Shown: piece after piece, positions 47,113 to 53,665 of the stretch
Layout: each line of letters opens with the position of its first letter
How positions within the stretch are numbered: position 1 is the stretch's first letter
DNA from: Macrostomum lignano
Taxonomy: Eukaryota
Assembly (NCBI GenBank): GCA_002269645.1
Contig: NIVC01004239.1
Coordinates: 1 to 53,665, forward strand
DNA length: 53,665 nucleotides
Direction of reading: 5' to 3'
Program-made: the position numbers and the translations under genes
The notes under the pieces: model-generated
The model's database searches: none
Seen by the model: only the letters and a program-made list of their open reading frames with translations
What the model was told of the DNA's origin: nothing

Positions 47113-48005
47113 GGGGTGTTTGCCTGTCAGATGCTTGCCTTTTAGATGCTTGCCTGTCAGATGCTTGTCTGTCAGATGCTTGCATGTCAGATGCTTGCAT
47201 GTCAGATGCTTGTCTGTCAGATATTTGCCCGTCAGATGCTTGTCTGTCAGATGCTTGCCTGTCAGATATTTGCATGTCAGATGCTTGTCTGTCAGATGCT
47301 TGTCTGTCAGATATTTGCCCGTCAGATGCTTGTCTGTCAGATGCTTGCCTGTCAGATGCTTGCCTGTCAGATATTTGCATGTCAGATGCTTGTCTGTCAG
47401 ATGCTTGCCTGTCAGATATTTGCCCGTCAGATGCTTGTCTGTCAGATGCTTGCCTGTCAGATGCTTGCCTGTCAGATGCTTGCCTGTCAGATGCTTGCCT
47501 GTCAGATGCTTGCCCGTCAGATGCTTGCCTGTCAGATGCTTGCCCGTCAGATGCTTGCCCGTCAGATGCTTGTCTGTCAGATGCTTGCCTGTCAGATATT
47601 TGCTGTCAGATGCTTGTCTGTCAGATGCTTGCCCGTCAGATGCTTGCCTGTCAGATGCTTGTCTGTCAGATGCTTGCCTGTCAGATGCTTGCCTGTCAGA
47701 TGTTTGTCTGTCAGATACTTGCCTGTCAGATATTTGCCCGTCAGATGCTTGTCTGTCAGATGCTTGCCTGTCAGATGCTTGCCCGTCAGATGCTTGCCTG
47801 TCAGATATTTGCCCGTCAGATGCTTGCCTGTCAGATGCTTGCCCGTCAGATATTTGCTGTCAGATGCTTGCCTGTCAGATGCTTGTCTGTCAGATGCTTG
47901 CCTGTCAGATGCTTGCATGTCAGATGCTTGCCTGTCAGATGCTTGTCTGTCAGATGCTTGCCTGTCAGATGCTTGCCTGTCAGATATTTGCCCGTCAGAT
48001 GCCTG
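47113..48005. repeat. Intergenic satellite, 15-bp unit, about 60 copies
   Basis: Unit gtcagatgcttg[c/t]ct; source of the long spurious RCLPV/QMLAC/SDACL ORFs. Confidence 0.97.
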
Positions 48006-48561
48006 CCCACCGCACAATTCCCCGCTACAATGTATTGATCAATTTTTGCCTAGCTTATAGTCTTTACTTACTTCCTTAGCACGAGAATATTTTTTATCGT
48101 GAAAACCCACTTAAAGTAATACTGCTTGTGAGGCTTGGCAGTGTCCGGCGGGCAAGCGTGTGTAATGCCACAGATAGCGCTGCTAATACAGTTACAGTAT
48201 ATGTCATATTGGCAGGCAAAATTCGCACTCTGGTACATGTACTCTGTCACTGTCTGCTGGTCTAATCTAATATCCATCACTCTCTGCTCTCTACTTTTAT
48301 CTGGGAGTAACGGCCCTGCGTCACATACTGATGAAGCCTTTATACTGTAGTAGTGATAGAACTGAGCACCTACTTGATAGAGGTAGAGATAAAGAGATAG
48401 GAGCGGTAGAAATAGAGCTTGATTAGAGATAAAGATAAAACGATAGAGATTGTGGTCATCCTAGTGGTCATGCATTCTAGGCTGGGGTCATAGTGCTAGT
48501 GGTCATGCATTCTAGGCTGGGGTCAGTGCTAGTGGTCATGCATTCTAGGATAAGGGCCATT

Positions 48562-48882
48562 ATATGACTCACAGTAACAGTATTATAATTCTAGCCAAGA
48601 ATTACAGCGTTATATGTACGCATACAAGAGATTCCATATTTAGGTAGATAGTTATGAATGATTCCTAATAATTATTCAACTATCCAATTTTCCCGAGTCA
48701 TTTCCCGACGCCTCTCTGGCAAAATATGACTCACAGTAACAGTATTATAATTCTAGCCAAGAATTACAGCGTTATATGTACGCATACAAGAGATTCCATA
48801 TTTAGGTAGATAGTTATGAATGATTCCTAATAATTATTCAACTATCCAATTTTCCCGAGTCATTTCCCGACGCCTCTCTGGC
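48562..48882. repeat. Exact tandem duplication with a 162-bp period
   Basis: atatgactcacagtaac...cgcctctctggc at 48562-48720 and 48724-48882. Confidence 0.95.
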
Positions 48883-49199
48883 GTCAGCGGTCAGCGCCTC
48901 CAGTAGGATGCGGGTTGCCGGCTTAATCCGACTTGGCAATTAAATTTTTAATTATACTCATATTCTTATCACAAGTGCAGTACAGTAAAGCCACGCCATG
49001 ACTGGGCAGGACTCGTGTGCACTGGGGTTGGCTGGCTCAAGTGAATGAATTGGAAAGCTTCAAAGAGTATTAAAAATGTCTGCTATCGAACATTATTGAG
49101 TTATCATTCACTGTGCTTTATTGCTGGCTCAGGAATAGTGACATAGCTGACAATTTTACTGAATCATATTTAAATAGGTAGATACAAATGCATTGCCTA

Positions 49200-49252
49200 T
49201 CTTGTCTCTGTGTGTCTGTCTGTCTTAGTGTCTGTCTGTCTGCCTGTTTTAG

Positions 49253-49285
<33 letters not shown>

Positions 49286-49352
49286 TAGTGCCTTGATGTC
49301 TTAGTGTCTGTATGTCTGTCTGTCTGGCTGTCTGTCTGTCTGTCTGTCCATC
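49200..49352. repeat. (GTCT)n-like microsatellite just downstream of the LicD-family stop codon
   Basis: Runs of ctgt/gtct. Confidence 0.9.
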
Positions 49353-49372
49353 TGTCAGTCCACCCAGCAGTG

Positions 49373-51016
49373 TCAGAGTCGGTCGGCCCCGGCCACATAC
49401 GCCAGTCCGGCGGCCCGCCATCTCCCGGCAGCCGCGGCAGCTCTGAGCAGCTGCAGCTGGCCGCTGCCCAGCTGAATGGTGCTGGCGAAGTCGAACCTGT
49501 CAGCCAGGGCTCGGCAGGGCACCACGGGCCTGCTGCAGCTGGCAAACGGCGAGTCATCGTGCAAATAATAGACGCATTCGGCCAGGCTGCTGTTGGGAAA
49601 ATATCCCACTATCATCGACTCGATTGAGTTGGGCGTGCGGTACCACCGGCCATGGAATGGACGCCGCCTGGTGGGAAAAATATCCCCAATGGGGAAGCTG
49701 AATGGCGGCTCGCGGATCAGCAGTTGGTCCGTGGTTCGATTCAGTTGGTAGAAGAAAATGTCTATGGCCACGGGTCTGCGTGGGTAGCGATGTGAGCAAT
49801 GAGTGCGACAGCGAGATTGGTGTGTTGCTAGGGTTGCTAGGGGCAGGTACATTATCCTAGGCGCCAATTTTACTGGGAGGAGGCAGCGGGTTGCTAGGGT
49901 CAAGCAACAGGTTGCTAGGGTCAAGCAACGGGTTGCTAGGGTCAAGTAATGGGCTGTTAGGGTCAAGCAACGGGTTGCTACGGGGAAGCAGCGGGTTGCT
50001 AGGGTCAAGCAACGAGTTGCTACGGGGAAGCAGCGGGTTGCTAGGGTCAAGCAACGGTTTGCTAGGGGGCAGTTACATTATCCTAGGCGCCAATTTTACT
50101 GGGAGGAGGCAGCGGGTTGCTAGGGTCAAGCAACAGGTTGCTAGGGTCAAGCAACAGGTTGCTAGGGTCAAGCAACGGGTTGCTAGGGTCAAGTAATGGG
50201 CTGTTAGGGTCAAGCAACGGGTTGCTACGGGGAAGCAGCGGGTTGCTAGGGTCAAGCAACGGGTTGCTAGGGGGAAGCAGCGGGTTGTTAGGGAAGGAAA
50301 CGCTTTCAAGAAGTAAAACAGGCGAAACAGCTCTGCAACTGAAGCTCCATATCCCTATTACCACAGCATGATCACCTGTCCAGCACAGGGTCGAGAATGT
50401 CCCTCAGGTGCACCTTCCAGTGCTGATTGAGCCACTCGGTGTCCTGGAACAGCATACCGGGCCACTTGTACCTCAGCTTCTCCAGCACGATCTTGGCTGC
50501 CGCTTTCTGCTCCTCATCAATCCTCAAATCGATATCCTCATCGTAAGGGATCATCTCCAAGTGGCGCATGGCGCCCAGAGCGGTGCCCATGTCCAGGTAG
50601 AAGTCCACGCCGGCCCTCTCCAGCTCATCGGCCAGCCGGCCCAGCTGCTGCATCGCCTTGAGCCTGACCGGCCGGCTCAGCTTCTCAACAAAGCAGCGTT
50701 CGGGAACTGGCCCGGCTGCGTGATGGCCTTCATCAGGTGCCAGTTCTGACTGGCAGGCGTCGGACAGTCGGTCCCAGTCCACGGCCGCCGACCTGGTCTG
50801 AAATGAATCTCTGCGGACGTCCCCGGACCAGCCGGCGAGTTTCAAAGCTTTGAAGCTGGTTGCTATGCAGACTTCTCTGTCGCTATTATTGCTGCTGTTT
50901 CCTGCGCGTCGCCACAGCAGCCAGCAAGTGACCACCAGGCCGAGGCAGACAGCCAGTCGGAGTCTGCATAGCCGCATCACTGGAACCTGGCGCAGCCCAC
51001 AGTCCTTGCCAAGCAT
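49373..51016 (-). CDS. LicD / fukutin-related nucleotidyltransferase-fold protein, type II membrane, about 347 aa
   Basis: Exons 51016-50376 and 49775-49373 with a phase-2 junction (GAC AG|gtgatc...acgcag|A CCC). N-terminal TM LAVCLGLVVTCWLLW; FYLDMGTALGAMRHLEMIPYDEDIDL matches the LicD motif GTLLGAxRH..IPWDxDxD; followed by PVAIDIFFY and DIFPTRRRPFHGRWYRTP. Alternative start at ATG 50977. Confidence 0.88.
49823..50292. repeat. LicD-gene intronic minisatellite, 21-bp unit with a 226-bp block duplication
   Basis: Unit gggttgctagggtcaagcaac. The interrupting block tacattatcctaggcgccaattttactgggaggaggcagc occurs twice, 226 bp apart. Confidence 0.93.
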
Positions 51017-53665
51017 CCCCACTATATATACAGCCGGGCCAAGTGTGCATATTTATGCTACGAGTATTTAAGCATCAAATATAGCATAGGATAGCATCGA
51101 GTGTCCTCATCGCGCGGCATACCTGCAATAATAAACACACTTCAGCTGCTGCCGGGACTCCTCCAGACTGCCACCAAATCCTTATCCTATATTGTATATA
51201 TGCAGCTATGGCTGGTGTAATAAAATCTGTGCAACAGCCGAATTCTCCCCTCTCATCCATGTTCAGATAAAGAGCGACTGCTGGTTTGTGCAAGTGTGTG
51301 GCACAGCTATTAGACTGGAGATTGATGGAGCTGGGGCGGGGGGGGGGTTCTGTTTATCTCATCTCGAATAGTTTCAGGCAAGGTCGCGCAGCTCCGCTCT
51401 CCGCTCTTCTGGTCAAGACCAGAAGTTCCTGCGTCCAATCCAAGCGTCAGCTGTGGCTAGGACCAAGGACTACTATAGAAACTAGCCAACTGGAATGGAA
51501 AATGTTTTGCATCACGCGGTGCAGTCCTAGGGCTCGGCTCAGAAGGTTGCTACAATCCATTTCTTAGAAATGGGCTGACTTCTAGTAGGGAACGTGCATT
51601 TGGCGTATCGGGTTTAGCCATAGACGAAATTGGGGGAGAAAAATTCGATTTCTCTTGAGCATACTAAGACACGGCCAAGATACGTCGCCTCGTCGCCTTC
51701 TGACGAAATTGAATCAAGTGTAAAGTCCTACTTCAACTGTCCATGCAGGGGCTGCATGCTCTGCACTTAAATGTAACCCATTAGGATAAAAATGGTGTGT
51801 TTGCCGTCAGTCGGAGCTCCTCTCCCAGACACGCTAGAAGTCCATGGGCAGCGACAGCAGCAGCGAAAGCCCTTAGTAATTACGAAAAACAGGATGTGAT
51901 TGCTGCAACAGCGGCCGCAGCTGGAGATGGGGAAGAGGGGGATGTTGCTGCCTATGGTTGGATAAGTGGCAGTTCGACCCTCAGTTCAGGGAGCATGGGC
52001 TGATCAGTTGAACATAGCTATAGCTTATCCCAGTATCTACCTTTGGCAGCCCGCTAGCTGTGTGCTTGCAGAGAATATGGTACAGAACAATATTTTACAC
52101 TTCCCGATACTAATAAGAGACAACAGGAGAAAAACACAAATTTAACTTGCAATTTTTAGTTTGGGCATAGTTTAATCACAGTGAATTTGCTTAAACGCTA
52201 CTAATAGTATCTTCCAGTTGCGGAAATATCAGTAATTAGGTTAGTTAGATCTTGCGGGATACCTTACCAGTAAAGAGCAGATGGGCTTCTGTCGTCTCCC
52301 GACCCTTAATAGACGGAGTTGAAAACTTGAATACATTAAATAATTATTTGGGAAAAATCCGCGTTGGGCATCTCCCACCGGGGTGGGTACGCTTTATTAC
52401 TCTGTGATTTAATACGGATGGACAGTATTAGTTTTTTAGTTTTATGTTCACCTTACTTACACTACATGTTCTAATCACTGTATATTATTTATTTTTATTT
52501 GTGCTTTTTTGGTCGAACAGTCTTTAGTCTACGGAGGTTGCCCTGGGCTATTCTAGGAATATCACTAGGCTGGCCGCTTTTGCCTTAATTAGGGATCTAT
52601 TTTTTGCACCTTTTAGTAGATTTAATTGGTTTTCCCCGATTGGGATTCTAGTTTATGTATGGTTAGGTTGCATTAGTTGGAATCCTTCATAATAAGGATT
52701 TTTAGACTGACTGACTCTGTTCGAACAGAAAATCAATAAATCAACCATTGAGGCTATAATTTTATCTCTTGGGAACAATTTTGCCACTGAATATACTTTG
52801 CACTTTAAGTTTTATTTGTGTTAGTTTTATACATTAGCTTTATTGAAATAATGTTTTATTATATATTTCTAAATTCACCTATTTGTTTTATGTATAGTTA
52901 TATCCCCAATATTTGTTTTAAATTCTTCTAATTTGTTTTAGGCCATCGTCACCTCTTATTTCTTCATTATTTGTTTTAGCCTCTTGACCTTCGATCTTTC
53001 GTCGTTTTATCTTTTAATCTTCATCTCTTATTTGATGCGTTTCTTCTCAATCGCTCATAATTGGACTAAATTTATTATGAACACTGAGCCTAAAATATAA
53101 TATTTGCGTAGGAGCCCTCCCTAGGGCTGAAGCGCAGGGTAAATATTTTTGGCCCAACTTATCAAATGAAAAAAATGTCGTCTCCCGACCCTTAAAAACT
53201 TTTAACTTTTTAACTATAAGTTGAAAGTTGGAAATAGAACATAGAAAACTAGATTTCACGAGAGGAGTCATGCCCTAGTAAATTGGGAATCACGCCCAAA
53301 CGGCTCCTAAAGCAGGAAATAATAGGGAAGTTAATGTTCGAAACCTCTTATTTACTGAAAATAACTTTATCACATTCTGTTGGACCGTTCCTGTCTCAAT
53401 CAGTTGCTAAGTACTAAGATTAGGAACCTCAGGAACCTGGTGGCAGCAACTACCAATCAAACCAGTTAGTCCATTTAAGCAACTAAAGAAACAAACTAGT
53501 GCTTAATCGCGAGGCCACACGACCGCGTAATAAACTTGAGGATCAACTTTGGACAGACAATAAAAGAGACTGCATGCGCAGCAAGCTAGAACTTCAATCG
53601 CATGTACCACAAAGCCTTGGCCTAGCAGTTACGCAAACTATTTCTGCAAATAGTCCAATTTGTCA

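Noticed and set aside
47063-48079. Long Cys-rich ORFs (338, 304 and 284 aa)
   Set aside because: They are translations of the 15-bp satellite, open in all three + frames because the unit is a multiple of 3 without stops. No splice or codon evidence.
50372-51022. LicD gene as a recent bacterial horizontal transfer
   Set aside because: It has a spliceosomal intron, a type II membrane anchor and host-like codon usage, and LicD-family genes are widespread in animals.
52290-53195. 20-bp direct repeat tgtcgtctcccgacccttaa at 52290 and 53176 as LTRs or att sites
   Set aside because: Too short, no TG..CA LTR structure, PBS or coding region in between. Probably an internal motif of an unidentified repeat.

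Overview
Intron-rich animal genomic DNA with GC-rich exons, AT-rich intergenic DNA and a minisatellite in most introns. The style resembles a free-living flatworm such as Macrostomum, but that is an inference. Four spliced genes can be reconstructed by hand from GT-AG sites and reading phase. (1) A minus-strand DEG/ENaC-family channel gene (ATG 6129) whose ectodomain carries kringle-like, WSC and kringle-like modules on symmetric phase-1 exons; its 3' end is unresolved. (2) Casein kinase I alpha (+, 8413-18291, 6 exons, 316 aa) with a 7.8-kb first intron full of DNA transposons. (3) SPT5 (+, 37591-45224, 7 exons, 1053 aa). (4) A LicD/fukutin-related type II membrane protein (-, 51016-49373, 2 coding exons, about 347 aa). 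Between CK1a and SPT5 lie a 3.8-kb TIR element and a 3911-bp-period triplication carrying three dead mariners, with SNP evidence of unequal crossing-over. Other elements: a Chapaev3-type transposon with a nested insertion, a fourth mariner, hAT-like and Kolobok-like MITEs, a SINE-like relic, a perfect 99-bp inverted repeat and several satellites. No rRNA, tRNA or CRISPR array could be supported. The best candidate for something undescribed is the kringle/WSC-containing DEG/ENaC channel. All identifications come from reading the sequence and from recalled family motifs; no searches were run.
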